A stretch of 60,691 nucleotides of DNA, counting the filler, from Chloroflexota bacterium (GTDB lineage: Bacteria > Chloroflexota > Chloroflexia > QHBQ01), in assembly GCA_043754535.1 (NCBI GenBank). It is 2 parts of 2 records of this genome, joined end to end, with 100 filler letters (N's around TTAATTAATTAA, not from the genome) between each part and the next. Parts side by side here need not be neighbours in the genome. Positions count along the whole stretch, not along the records: positions 1 to 30,346 come from JAYUUN010000095.1; positions 30,447 to 60,691 come from JAYUUN010000097.1. The stretch is one strand, 5' to 3'. The notes under the pieces were generated by a model. That model had not been told where the DNA came from. It did no database searches and worked only from the letters and a program-made list of their open reading frames with translations. This document shows positions 29,251 through 40,072 of the stretch, piece by piece (positions within the stretch are counted from its first letter, which is position 1; the number at the start of each line of letters is the position of its first letter). Position numbers and translations under genes: made by a program.

Positions 29251-30346
29251 ATGCCTACAGCAGACACCCTGATCCTGACCATCAACCCTGGCAGTACCAG
29301 CACCAAAGTAGCCCTGTTCTCTGCGCTTGCTGCACCTCAGCCCGAAGGGGTAGACGAACCGCTACGCGAGGTGTGGGCGGAGACGATCACCCACAGTGCA
29401 GCAGAGTTGGCAAAGTACTCGCGCATTGCCGACCAATTTGGGATGCGCCGGGCTGACATTGCTGCCCTGCTAGATAGGAAGCAGACGAAGCTGGCGGAGG
29501 TTGGCATGGTAGTTGGGCGGGGCGGCCTCTTTCGCGCCCAGGTAAGCAGCGGCACCTACGCGATCAACCAGGCGATGGTGGACGAGATGCAGGCGGGCGA
29601 CCCTGGCGGCCAGCGCGAACACGCCAGCAATCTCGGCGTGCCACTCGCCACCAGCTTCGCGGATGAGGCAGGCGCGGGCAGCCACTATGTACCACGCTTC
29701 ATCGTAGACCCACCGCCGGTGGATGAGATGCCGCCCGTAGCCCACCTGACTGGCTGGCCGGAGATCACCCGCCGCGCTCTCGCACACGTCCTCAGCGTCA
29801 AGGCAGCAGGGCGCAAGGCTGGGCGGCAGCTTGGCAAGCCCTACAATCAACTAAATCTGGTGATCACCCACCTGGGCGGCGGTATCTCCGTCACCGCCCA
29901 CCGTTTGGGCCAGATGGTAGACGAGAACCAGGCGTTGGACGGCGAAGGGCCGTTTTCGCCCGAACGAAGCGGCGGCCTGCCCGTTGGCGATCTCGCCCGC
30001 ATCTGCTTCAGCGGCCAGTACACCTATGCCGAGGTAATGAAGAAGATAGCAGGGCGCGGTGGCCTGGTTGCTCATCTAGGGACGAACGATGCCCGCGAAG
30101 TAGAGCAGCGGATCGCAGGGGGCGACCAGCAGGCCGAGCTAGTCTATCGGGCAATGGCCTACAATATAGGCAAGGGGGTGGGCCACATGGCCGCCGCCCT
30201 CGGCAGCCGCCCGGATGCGCTGGTCTTCACCGGCTCGCTCTGCTACTCGGCCATGCTGATTAGCTGGATTAGCGCACAGGTGGAATGGATCGCCCCGCTG
30301 ATCGTCTACCCTGGCAGCCTGGAGATGCAGGCGTTGGCGGCGGGCG
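29251..30346 (+). CDS. buk: Butyrate kinase (3' end truncated by spacer)
   Basis: INPGSTSTK, VGRGG, HASNLG, HLGGGISV, GEGPFSPERSG and EMQALA; runs into the N spacer. Confidence 0.93.
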
Positions 30347-30446
30347 NNNNNNNNNNNNNNNNNNNNNNNNNNNNNNNNNNNNNNNNNNNNTTAATTAATT
30401 AANNNNNNNNNNNNNNNNNNNNNNNNNNNNNNNNNNNNNNNNNNNN
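30347..30446. other. Artificial contig/scaffold spacer
   Basis: 44 N + TTAATTAATTAA (stops in all six frames) + 44 N, exactly 100 nt. Confidence 0.97.
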
Positions 30447-31894
30447 ACGCCACCATCAATCGTGCTGGTGCTACCAGCACGGCTGCCGATTATAACAGCT
30501 ACAACGTGACTCAGGGGTACTTTGAGCCTGCCACCCAGCACAACATCCCGCTCGTGTTCTGGAAGTTCCTCAATCAGACCGGCCTGATCAGCCAGAACGG
30601 TCAGCGGACCAACGCCCGCCTCAACGACCCCTGGTTCTACGCCACTGGCTACCCGATCAGCGCGGCTTACTGGGCGAAGGCCAGGATTGCGGGGCAGCCA
30701 AACACCCCTGTACTGATCCAGGCGTTCGAGCGGCGGGTTCTGACCTACGTGCCGTCCGCCCCCGCCAGCTACAAGGTGCAGATAGGCAACATCGGCCAAC
30801 ACTACTACCAGTGGCGGTACAGCTCACCCACAGCACAACTGCCGACCGACTCCGACCCTGACTGCAAGGGGGGCAATCCGAAGGGTACCCAGGCCGATGG
30901 TGTCGCCTTCTTGTGGAACAACACCGCGAGCGTGCGCCAGCAAGTTGGCTGCCCCCTGAACAACAACTCCGACCTGCTCAACCCGGTGATCCGGCAGTCC
31001 TTTGCACACGGCATGATGGTCAGCGTGCAGGCCGACCCTTACGACAGCAAAACGATCAAGTACGTCTACGTCCTCTACGACGATGGTAAGGTGCAACGCT
31101 TTACCGACACCTTTGTTGACGGTAGCAAGGACCCCGCCCTCAACCCACCGGCCAGCCTGATCGCACCCCACCTCGGCTTTGGCAAGGTCTGGCGCGAGGA
31201 TGCCAGTGTACAGCAACGCTTGGGATGGGCGACGAGCTATGAGCGCAAGATGGCAGCGGTGGAGTATAACTTCTTCGAGCGTGGTCTGTTGTTCCAGTCT
31301 GGCCCTGACCTCGACCACGTCTACGTGCTAGTGGGCGGCAACCTGCAATACACTGGCTGGACCCGCCAGAACGTGCCGCTGCTCGCAGCCAGTTGCAATG
31401 CGATGATTGGTGGTAGCTTCGGCAAACTGTGGTTGAGCAGCAGCATGGTGGCAACCCAGCTTAGTTGCCCTAACATAGGCGGTAGCAAAGCGCAGGTCAG
31501 CATCCAACACTTCCAGGGCGGCCATCTAATCTACGTCGCACCTAGCGGTGTACCAGGTAGCCGCAGCCTAATCTTCTATCTGTTCAAGGACTATACCGCC
31601 TATCCCTACTTCAGCTTCAGTCACGATGAGCAGCCGGTAGCGGCCACCAATCCGCCCGCCGGTCTCTATACCCCTGGCTCCTCGTTCCGCCAAGAGTGGG
31701 CTGGCTTTGGTCTACTGCGCGACCGGCTTGGTTGGGCCACTGCCCCGGAGCGACAGATCGGGGAAGGTGACTACCAGTTCTTCGGCAAGGGGCTGATGCT
31801 GCGCGATGGCGGCAAGATTTACTACTTCTACAGCCTCACTCTGACTGGCTACACCCTACCCAGCTACTGGCAGGTCGCTGACGAGCCGCGCTGA
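30447..31894 (+). CDS. 5'-truncated Chloroflexota-type repeat surface protein
   Basis: Frame is open back to the spacer. GYPIS...QAFERRVLTY...GNIGQHYYQWRY domain followed by repeated GFGKVW...LGWA / LGCP units. Confidence 0.75.
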
Positions 31895-32130
31895 ACGCAA
31901 CTACGCTGCCAACCACCTTCGCTTGAGCAGGGCCGGTCAGATAGCGAAGACAAAGCAGCCTCTTGCTCGCTGTACTATGTTAAGGGCAGCAGAGAGTCAT
32001 CTAGCCGTAGGAGCCATCTTCCGTGATGAAGAATTATGCCAGCAGTATCCTGATCAAGGCCATCGCCTGCCTGGATAGTAGCGATCTCGCCATGCTCTGC
32101 CTCTACCTTGCCAGTCCCGCCGCTAAAGCC

Positions 32131-32962
32131 TCAGCGTAGCTTATACTGATAGCCAGAGGCGAACAAGTCGTACCTGGTGGTTTTCGCCCCGGAGATACTA
32201 CTCATGTTCGCGTAGATACCGCTTACGTTGACGTGGAACTTCACCGTGCTGCGCGCTTCAAGCGGGAGCGCAGCACCGGCGGCATCCATGCCGTTGCCGC
32301 TGCTCACATCCACAATCTTGCCGCTGCCGTCGTAGAAGATGACGTTGACCATCCAGAGGACGGCCTGGTGATCGCTGTCGTTCTTCACCACGCCCTCCAC
32401 CACTTACCCGCCGGTGGGCGAGGTGGCGAACTGGCTGCTGACGATGCTGAGTTGCGCAGGCTGGGGGTCATCAGCAGTGATCGCGGTGCCACTGGCGTTG
32501 AACTGGGGGTGCTTGATATCCCCGCCTACGTAATCCATGTTGAAGCCTGCGCTCTGGCCTGGTGGCAGCAGCGCATACTCCACATCACCTGCGGGTTGCT
32601 CCTGCACCTGGCCGCTGTCGTCCACCACCCGCACCATGAGTTCCTTGGCAGTGATACTACCTTCGTTCTTCACGATGCCGAGGTAGTGGGTGCTGAAGCC
32701 GGGGTTGCTATCGGTGGTGGTGATGTACTTGACTACGGTTAGCTTGATGTCGCTAGTGCTGCCTGCGCCAGCCTTAGAAGCAGTGGAATTGCTGCTGGGG
32801 CTGGCAGCGGCGTGGCTGTTGCTGCGCGGCGGGTTGCTGGCGGAGGTAGTGGGCTGGCGGGTCGCGCCGCTATTGCTGCTGCCCCCGCCATCGCAGCCGA
32901 ACAGGGTGAGGCTGAGGATGGCGGCGAACAGCAGGGTGGGTAAGCATCTTTCGGGTGTTCGC
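32131..32962 (-). pseudogene. Disrupted FxLYD-domain lipoprotein (paralog of 33031-33846)
   Basis: In-frame TAA at 32404-32406 where the paralog has Gln. Extra A at 32942-32943 and ATG changed to GCG at 32960-32962 relative to the near-identical paralog 5' end. Confidence 0.75.
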
Positions 32963-33030
32963 TTTATTTCTCTTTTCAGGTTGGGGCGCACTTTTAGCAC
33001 ACCCTGTGCGTTCTTGCTGTTCCGCGTGCG

Positions 33031-33846
33031 CTAGTGCAACCAACAACCACTGGCAAGGAGGTCGTAGTGGGTCGCTTTAGCAGCACTGCCGGTCAAGGTG
33101 ACGCTGAACTTCTGGGTACTCTGTGCGTCGAAGGGGATGCCTGAGTCGTTGGCGTTGCCCGCGCTAGCACCGTTGCCAGAGCCAGTATCTACGATGTTGC
33201 CACTATCGTCGTAAGCGATCACGTTGACAGACCACATGATGAGCGAATGGGCAGTGTCGTTCTTCACCGTACCTGTAAGCAGTTGGCCTGCTCCCGATGT
33301 ACTAGCCTGCTGGCTGAGTACGGGGAGTTTGGTACACATCTTGACGAGTGCGCTGTCACCCTCAACGCTGAGTTTGAACTGGGGCTGCTTAATCGATGCC
33401 CCCATCATATAGAGCATATTGAACCCAACGCTCTGACCGGGCGGCAGGGCGTAGACTTCGGCCAACAACCCCTCCGTCACCCCAGTGCCAAGTACGGTGC
33501 CGCTGTCGTTCATAAGCTGTATCCGGGGCTGGGCCACGCTGCTATTGCCGTCGTTCTTGATGATGCCGATATAATCGTAGTAGGTCTGTCCGCCGCTGCT
33601 CAGTTGCAGCGGCACGTACTTGACCAGGGTGAGCTTGGTAGCACCGCCACTGCCCACACTGCTGGTGGCATTGCTAGCCCCGCTAGGGGGATTGGCGACG
33701 GGGTGGTTGCTGACGCTGGCATTGGTCGGTTGGTTGGCGGCATTGTTGGCCGCACTGCTAGAGTTGCTGCCGCTATCGCAGCCGAACAGGGTAAGGCTGA
33801 GGATGGCGGCGAACAGCAGGGTGGGTAGCATCTTTCGGGTGTTCAT
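33031..33846 (-). CDS. Lipoprotein with two FxLYD-like Ig domains
   Basis: Lipobox TLFGC and Ser/Asn linker. Domain 1 GIIKNDG...LPPGQSVGF; domain 2 GTVKNDT...VIAYDDSGNIVD. Confidence 0.8.
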   Translation of the reverse strand: MNTRKMLPTLLFAAILSLTLFGCDSGSNSSSAANNAANQPTNASVSNHPVANPPSGASNATSSVGSGGATKLTLVKYVPLQLSSGGQTYYDYIGIIKNDGNSSVAQPRIQLMNDSGTVLGTGVTEGLLAEVYALPPGQSVGFNMLYMMGASIKQPQFKLSVEGDSALVKMCTKLPVLSQQASTSGAGQLLTGTVKNDTAHSLIMWSVNVIAYDDSGNIVDTGSGNGASAGNANDSGIPFDAQSTQKFSVTLTGSAAKATHYDLLASGCWLH

Positions 33847-33919
33847 GGGCTTAGTTCCTTTCTTTTTCGGGCAAGACGTACTGTTACCATTATCCGGGGG
33901 ATAGGCTGGAAAGGGAAGA

Positions 33920-33964
33920 AGTATTGTGCGGAGTATTGTGCGGAATAATGTGCGGCTGGTGCGG
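33920..33964. repeat. 12-bp phased direct repeats (core GTGCGG), candidate operator
   Basis: AGTATTGTGCGG x2, AATAATGTGCGG and CTGGTGCGG between the STAND regulator stop and the lipoprotein start. Confidence 0.8.
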
Positions 33965-33972
33965 TTTACCAG

Positions 33973-36720
33973 CTAGCGGGTGAGGGTAGTGGCTACAGCG
34001 AGGACTTCCAGGCTGAGGGCATCGGCAGTAGCGATGGCTAGTGCGAGAGCCTGACCGCTGGCCCACTGCTGATCAAACCTGTCCCCATCCAATTGCTGGC
34101 GCAAAGTGACGACGGCCTGTTCATATTCGTGGCGGTCGAAGGTGTGCAGGGGGACGTTGATCGCCTGACGGAGCGCGGCTGCCGCACCCAACAGCCGCGC
34201 TCCCTGCTCCGCTTGCGCCACAGCGACAGCAACCAGGGCCAATCCCTCCAGTGCGCCGACTGCGCCCAGCTTGTAATCCAATGCTTCAGCGATGGTGAGT
34301 GCCTCTTTGTAGCGGGCTGTAGCCTGTCCAAAGCTAGCCTGCTGCCTAGCTACGTTCGCCAGGCCAGTGAGCGACTGGACAATGCCTGTCTGGTCGCCCA
34401 GGGCGCGCATCAGCGCAAGACACTCGTCAAAGCGGTCGTTTGCCGCGTCATAAGCCTGCTGGAACAGCAACGCGCTAGCCAGATTGAGCAGTGCGAGGGC
34501 GATGCCATCCTGATCGCCTTGTTCGTGCGATAGCAGCAGGCACTCCTCGGCGGCGGGTTGCGCGGTGGCGTAATCACCCTCATACAGGGCAGTGGCGGCG
34601 AGGTTGTTCAACGACGCAGTGATGCCGTAGCTGTCGCCTAGTTCACGCTGAATGGCGAGGTTCTGCGCGTACATCTGCGCCGCCTGGCGGTAATCACCTT
34701 GCTCTGCTGCAATAATAGCCAGGTTGTTGAGCGATTGGGTCATGCCCCAGCGGTCGTTTAGCGATCGGCGCAGGCTGAGGCTTTCACCAAGTAGCCGTTC
34801 AGCAGCGGGGTAGTCGGCCAGGTTCCAGGCCAGCACACCCAGGCTGTTGAGTGCTTTGGCCTGCGCCGCTATGCTGCCCACTGCTTGCGCCATCGTCAGG
34901 CTTTGATGCAGCAGCACAGCAGCGGCGGCATAATCGCCCTGCACTGCGGCCAACCAACCCGCCGCGTTGAGCAGATTGGCCCGCAGGGGGCTGGGCGTGG
35001 GGCTACTCTGGGCCAGGGTCGTCTCTAGCCAGCTACGCCCCTCACTTAGATAGCCGCGCATAGACCAGAACCGCCAGACACCTGCAACCAGGCGGGCCGC
35101 TCCCTCCCGATTATGGCTCAACGTCCAACTGAGGGCGGCCCGCAGGTTGTCGTGTTCCGCTTCCAAGCGGGTCAGCCATTCACCCTGCTGCACCCCAATC
35201 AAGCCCTCCTCTGCGGCTTCGGCAAGGGTAAGATAGAGAGCAGCGTGCTGGCGGCCCATCGCTTCTGCCTCGCCACTGGCACGTAGCTTTTCGCTGGCAA
35301 ACTCGTGGATGGTTTCTAGCAGATGGTAGCGCGAAGGCTCATCCACGACGGTGGCGACCACCAAAGATTTATTCACCAGGCGCAACAGGCTGGTAAGCAC
35401 CTCGCTGGATTGTAGATCAACTGCCCATCCAACGGGTGCAGTGTTCGACTGCGCCACGGGGTTATCAGTCGCCAACGGCAACTTGAAATCACCAGCACAG
35501 GCTGCCTCGGCTGCTTCGAGGCTCCAACCACTGGCGAAGATAGAGAGCCGCCGCAACAAGGCCTGCTCGGCGGGGCTGAGTAGCTCATAGCTCCATTCGA
35601 TTGAAGCCCGCAGCGTCTGCTGATGAGGCATGGCGGTAGACGATGCTGACGCAAAGCTGGTGAGCCTATGATCCAGCCGCTGGGCCAGTTTCTCTAGCGA
35701 AAGACCTTCGAGTTGGGCGGCAGCCAGTTCGATAGCCAGCGGGATGCCGTCCAGCCGGGCGCAAATCTGGGCAACGGGGGCAACATTTTGGCTGGTCAAG
35801 CGAAAGCTGGGGCGCACCGCTTTGGCCCGCGCCACGAACAGGCGCACTGCCTCATAGTCACTTACCTGTGCCACCGCTGGCTGCGCTTGAGGTGGAGGGG
35901 TGGTTAGCGACGGCAGGCGCAGCCTACTTTCGCTGGGCAAGGAGAGCGGTTCACGGCTGGTAGCGATGACCACAAGGCGGGGGCAAGCGGTGAGCAGCAG
36001 TTCGGCGAACGCAGCGACGGGAGCAAGCAGGTGTTCACAGTTGTCGAGGATGAGCAGCATCTGACGGGGGCGCAGGTAATCGCAGATGGTTTGGGCAATA
36101 GTGCGCCCTGGCTCCTCATGCAACCCCAGCGTGGCGGCACTCACAGCCCCAACCAGGCGACTATCCTTAAGTGGGGCGAGTTTGACCAGCCAGGTTCCCT
36201 CAGGGTAGCGGTCGCGCAGCCGGTTAGCCAATTCTACGGCAAAGCGCGATTTGCCGACCCCACCCACCCCGCTGATGGTAAGCAGGCGAGCATTGGCAAG
36301 CAACTCCTGCGCGGTAGCTAGTTCGACTTCTCGACCGATAAAGCTGTTGAACGCGATGGGTAGATTGTTGGCACGGCGACCAAATGGGACTCGCAGAGGG
36401 CTGGAGGCGAGGGCGGTGAGGGGTGCAGCCTGCCATTCTTGTGTACTAAAGGGAGGGCAGTGCAGGAGGTCGAGCAGATCGAGCGCGGCGGCCTGAGTCT
36501 GAAGTGTCCCGCAGGCGGCAAGCTGACGGACGATGGCTTTGGCGTTGTCGCAGGTGAGCCGCACATCACCACTGCCGTTGAGCCGCCGACTGAGTTCAGT
36601 GCGACTGAGGCCAATCGCTCGTGCGAGGTCAGCTTGAGTGGGTGGACGACCCAAAGTAGTGGTAGCCATTTCCTTGCACAGGGCCAGCACGCGCCGACGG
36701 AAGGTGTCCAAATCATACAT
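33973..36720 (-). CDS. XRE-like HTH + STAND (NB-ARC/AfsR-like) ATPase + TPR regulator
   Basis: TQADLARAIGLSRTELSRRLNG HTH, GVGGVGKS Walker A, LLILDNCEH Walker B, TSRE, LDGIPLAIELAAA and C-terminal TPRs. Confidence 0.92.
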   Translation of the reverse strand: MYDLDTFRRRVLALCKEMATTTLGRPPTQADLARAIGLSRTELSRRLNGSGDVRLTCDNAKAIVRQLAACGTLQTQAAALDLLDLLHCPPFSTQEWQAAPLTALASSPLRVPFGRRANNLPIAFNSFIGREVELATAQELLANARLLTISGVGGVGKSRFAVELANRLRDRYPEGTWLVKLAPLKDSRLVGAVSAATLGLHEEPGRTIAQTICDYLRPRQMLLILDNCEHLLAPVAAFAELLLTACPRLVVIATSREPLSLPSESRLRLPSLTTPPPQAQPAVAQVSDYEAVRLFVARAKAVRPSFRLTSQNVAPVAQICARLDGIPLAIELAAAQLEGLSLEKLAQRLDHRLTSFASASSTAMPHQQTLRASIEWSYELLSPAEQALLRRLSIFASGWSLEAAEAACAGDFKLPLATDNPVAQSNTAPVGWAVDLQSSEVLTSLLRLVNKSLVVATVVDEPSRYHLLETIHEFASEKLRASGEAEAMGRQHAALYLTLAEAAEEGLIGVQQGEWLTRLEAEHDNLRAALSWTLSHNREGAARLVAGVWRFWSMRGYLSEGRSWLETTLAQSSPTPSPLRANLLNAAGWLAAVQGDYAAAAVLLHQSLTMAQAVGSIAAQAKALNSLGVLAWNLADYPAAERLLGESLSLRRSLNDRWGMTQSLNNLAIIAAEQGDYRQAAQMYAQNLAIQRELGDSYGITASLNNLAATALYEGDYATAQPAAEECLLLSHEQGDQDGIALALLNLASALLFQQAYDAANDRFDECLALMRALGDQTGIVQSLTGLANVARQQASFGQATARYKEALTIAEALDYKLGAVGALEGLALVAVAVAQAEQGARLLGAAAALRQAINVPLHTFDRHEYEQAVVTLRQQLDGDRFDQQWASGQALALAIATADALSLEVLAVATTLTR

Positions 36721-37555
36721 ATACTTCTCTGGCTGCTAGCTAGCCGGTTCAGCAAGTGGCGTTTGCCGCTATGCCAGCTAGATTATAAGGTAACGCCCTG
36801 AACCATGCTACGAAGACACAACATAACCGACATCCACTTGTTTGCCATGCCTCAGTTTGAACCAGCCAATACATGGTCAGCCGCTAGTTGCAGCGGTGCA
36901 GTCTCTACGCTGGGCAACTGCCAGAAGGTGGCAGCCTGAAGCATCGCTGCGACAAGCTCTGGGTCAGGGTAGCTCTGGAACCGGTGGTAGGCTTGGCTGT
37001 TGGTTTTGTCGAGCGCGTCGTAGAGCAGGCCGTGCGAGGAGAACAGGTGCGCCGCCTTGCCGAGGTTGTCACGGCCATGCTGCTTCACGCAGCCACACCG
37101 TCAGCGGTCAACCAGCTTGTGCTTGGAACGGTCAGGCAAGAAGTCCAGCACACTCATGTGCCACTATTCCCTGCTGTACTATCACCATTATAACATAAGC
37201 AAGGCACGTCTCACCACTTGCCCCACAGAGGTGGAATGGTGCCACCTTTGCACGATGGCGGTTAGTGACCCTGCGCTGTCAAAGCTGGGCGGGTAGCACC
37301 GTTTCACCGCATAGGCATCAGGTTATGAGTACAAAAAGTTGGTTTATACTGGCTAGTTCCCGATGGCAACCTTGCTCCTGCCGCTTGAGTACAAAGTTGG
37401 CGGAGCGGTGATCTAGTCACAGACGAGCTTAGCACAAAAGTTCTACCTAGCAGCGGGCTGTTACTGGAGCCGCGTATAGGGCTGCAAAATGTGGGCTAGA
37501 TGTGGTATGCTGGGCTGGTCAGCAACACATAACGTAGCTCAGCAGGGGCAATCCA

Positions 37556-40069
37556 TTGACAGAGCAACAGCCAGCACAGATCGGTCGCTACCTGATCCTC
37601 GGCGAAGTGGGACGGGGTGGGATGGGTGCGGTTTACCGCGCCCGCGACCTGGTACTTGAGCGTGAAGTCGCAATCAAGCTACTCAACCCAACCCTAACCA
37701 GAGATCCGCAGGCCAATGCTCGCTTTCGCCGCGAAGCAAACCTGGCCGCCCGCTTGCGGCACCCTAACATCGTTACTATCTACGATCTGGATGAGGATGA
37801 TGGCCGCTTCTTCATCGTTATGGAGTTGCTGGCAGGCGTATCGATGGCTGAGGTGCTGCATGAGCTTCACCATCTACCGCTGGCCGAAGCGATCCCCATG
37901 CTAGAGCAGGTCGCGTACGCACTCAATTATGCTCACCGGCAAGGCGTAATTCATCGTGACATCAAGCCCGCCAACATTGTCCTTACCAGCGAGAGCCAGG
38001 CAGTACTGACCGATTTTGGCCTCGCCAAGTCTTACAGCGAAGCCGACACGGCCCTAACGATGGTGACGATGCCCGGCACTGTCTTTGGCACCCCGCAGTA
38101 CATTGCGCCGGAGCAGATTGAGGGGCAAGCCGTCGACGGGCGCGCCGATATCTATGCCCTGGCAGTGGTTGGCTACGAGATGTTGACCGGCTTCTGCCCC
38201 TTCAACGGCACGATCAGCAATATTATTAAGGGCCACCTGACCGAAGCCCCGCCGCTGCCCAGCGAGTACAACCCGCTGTTGCCACCTGCAGTCGAGGCCG
38301 TGATCCTCAAAGGACTGGCAAAGGCTCCTGCTGACCGCTACCAATCGGCAGCCGACTTTCAGCAGGCTCTCCGTGCCGCCTACCTGCCCCCAACCCTTGA
38401 AGCGCATTCTACCGTCTCCGCATCAACCAATCAACTGCCGCAGCCCACCGCCAATGCCGACCAGCCAGCAGCGGGCGAGTTGGCGCGCATTGCTGCTCCT
38501 GCTCCCCGTCGGCGGTTGGTCGGCATTGGCGGTGGGCTGGTAGCGGCAGTGATCCTCCTCTACCTGGCTCTCAACCCGATCAGTGGCACAGGCCAGTTGG
38601 CGCAGAACGGCACCGCTACGCCATCAGTTGCTATCCTGCCGCTGACGTTCAGGCCCAGCGGGGAACCAGCAACCGAGGAGCCAGCCCAACCCAGCCCCCC
38701 TCTACCGCTACCCACCGTCGTACCAGGGGCCGAGGTTGAGGAAGGCTGGTCAAGTATGCAATTTGGCAGTAGTTACACCGAGCGTGCGGTGGCGCAGACG
38801 AGCGAACCCATGCTGACTGCCAGCCTGCCTGCCGATGTCCGCTTCAATACTCCGCCAGTGATCCTCAACGGCTCGCTCTACATCGTCAGCGACGCAAACG
38901 GGGCAACACAGGGCGGCAACCTGTTTGTACTTAACAGCCAGAGCCTCAAGAATCGCGCCCGCCTCAACCATGACCCACAAGGCAGCGGCGTGCAACTAAT
39001 CGGCCCACCCACGCTGCTTAAGGACGGTGGCTTGGCGGTGCGGGGTGGCAACAATGCAATTTACTTTACCACCGTCACCAATCCCCGTGACCTGACCAAC
39101 GTTTACTACTCAACTGTGCCGTTGACCGCTGCGCCAGTTGGGGATATCTACCGTGACAACCGCCTCTACCTGCCTCGCCGTGATGGGGTGCTGCTAGCCC
39201 TCGATGCTGCTACACTTGCACCAGTTTGGTCGTTCACCGCCACCGCTGGCATCAGCCTGACGATCCCGCCCCTGGTCGGCGAGAATGCAATCTACCTGGC
39301 CGACAGTGCGGGTATTTTGCACAAGCTCGACCCTGACGATGGCAGTGAGGTGTGGAACCAGGTCAACGGTTCGCCGATCAGCAGCCCGCTGCTGCTCGTC
39401 GGTAACTACATCTTCTATGTGACGAGAGACAGCGTGGCCCACGCCGTCGTGGACAAAGGTGAACGCGCCAATGTGGGCGACGAAGGCTGGACTAATGAGT
39501 ACGATCTACCCCACCTCAATGATGGTAGTGCCGTTGTGATCAGCCAAGCCGCCGCCACCTACGATGGGGTCGTCTACTTCCCAGCCTCGAATGGTGCAAT
39601 CTATGCCTTTGATTTTAGCACGGGTCGCTACCTCTACCATGTGCCAGCCACACCGCCAACCTGCGTTGACCCACCGACCTCGCAGCCCAACCAGCCTACC
39701 CCCGAACCACCCGCCGCGCTCTACTTCTACACCCACCCACCGCTAACGGTCAGCAACACGCTGCTGCTGATCAGCGATGGTGGCGGTTGCCTGGTAGCAT
39801 TCGACCGCAACCGGCTTGAGGATGTGGCGGATCAGCCAGGTCGCCACACTCTGGCCCTGATTGACCGCTGGCCCGGCGAATACGGCGGCCTCAGCCTGGG
39901 CGCGAACTATCTCTACGTCAGTGGGGCAGGCATCATGGCCTTTCCGCTCAAGCCGCTAGCCACACCAGAACCAACTACGCCGGGGTCAGGTACACCGTTT
40001 ATACCCACACCTACAGCAGCACCAGCCACGCCTGGAACGGCCACGCCTACGCGCACACCTGGAGGATGA
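37556..40069 (+). CDS. Membrane Ser/Thr protein kinase with extracellular PQQ-like beta-propeller
   Basis: GRGGMG, VAIK, HRDIKPAN, DFG, GTPQYIAPE, a TM helix and PQQ/BamB-like repeats (LLALDAATLAPVWSF). TTG start. Confidence 0.93.
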   Translation: MTEQQPAQIGRYLILGEVGRGGMGAVYRARDLVLEREVAIKLLNPTLTRDPQANARFRREANLAARLRHPNIVTIYDLDEDDGRFFIVMELLAGVSMAEVLHELHHLPLAEAIPMLEQVAYALNYAHRQGVIHRDIKPANIVLTSESQAVLTDFGLAKSYSEADTALTMVTMPGTVFGTPQYIAPEQIEGQAVDGRADIYALAVVGYEMLTGFCPFNGTISNIIKGHLTEAPPLPSEYNPLLPPAVEAVILKGLAKAPADRYQSAADFQQALRAAYLPPTLEAHSTVSASTNQLPQPTANADQPAAGELARIAAPAPRRRLVGIGGGLVAAVILLYLALNPISGTGQLAQNGTATPSVAILPLTFRPSGEPATEEPAQPSPPLPLPTVVPGAEVEEGWSSMQFGSSYTERAVAQTSEPMLTASLPADVRFNTPPVILNGSLYIVSDANGATQGGNLFVLNSQSLKNRARLNHDPQGSGVQLIGPPTLLKDGGLAVRGGNNAIYFTTVTNPRDLTNVYYSTVPLTAAPVGDIYRDNRLYLPRRDGVLLALDAATLAPVWSFTATAGISLTIPPLVGENAIYLADSAGILHKLDPDDGSEVWNQVNGSPISSPLLLVGNYIFYVTRDSVAHAVVDKGERANVGDEGWTNEYDLPHLNDGSAVVISQAAATYDGVVYFPASNGAIYAFDFSTGRYLYHVPATPPTCVDPPTSQPNQPTPEPPAALYFYTHPPLTVSNTLLLISDGGGCLVAFDRNRLEDVADQPGRHTLALIDRWPGEYGGLSLGANYLYVSGAGIMAFPLKPLATPEPTTPGSGTPFIPTPTAAPATPGTATPTRTPGG

Positions 40070-40072
40070 ACC

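Noticed and set aside
29251..30346. buk without an adjacent phosphate butyryltransferase
   Set aside because: Downstream context is lost at the spacer, so absence cannot be judged.
30391..30402. TTAATTAATTAA palindrome and the ORFs ending in it
   Set aside because: Artificial spacer sequence, not biological.
32404..32406. Programmed readthrough or alternative genetic code at the in-frame TAA
   Set aside because: TAA terminates normal genes in this window (yebC, the GTPase), and the same copy has other inactivating lesions.
33920..33964. Possible mini-CRISPR (also considered for 37326-37442)
   Set aside because: Units are too short, there are no regular unique spacers, and no cas genes are present.
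36852..37088. 78-aa ORF in the STAND-kinase intergenic region
   Set aside because: No convincing RBS or motif. It might be a gene remnant, but this cannot be supported.
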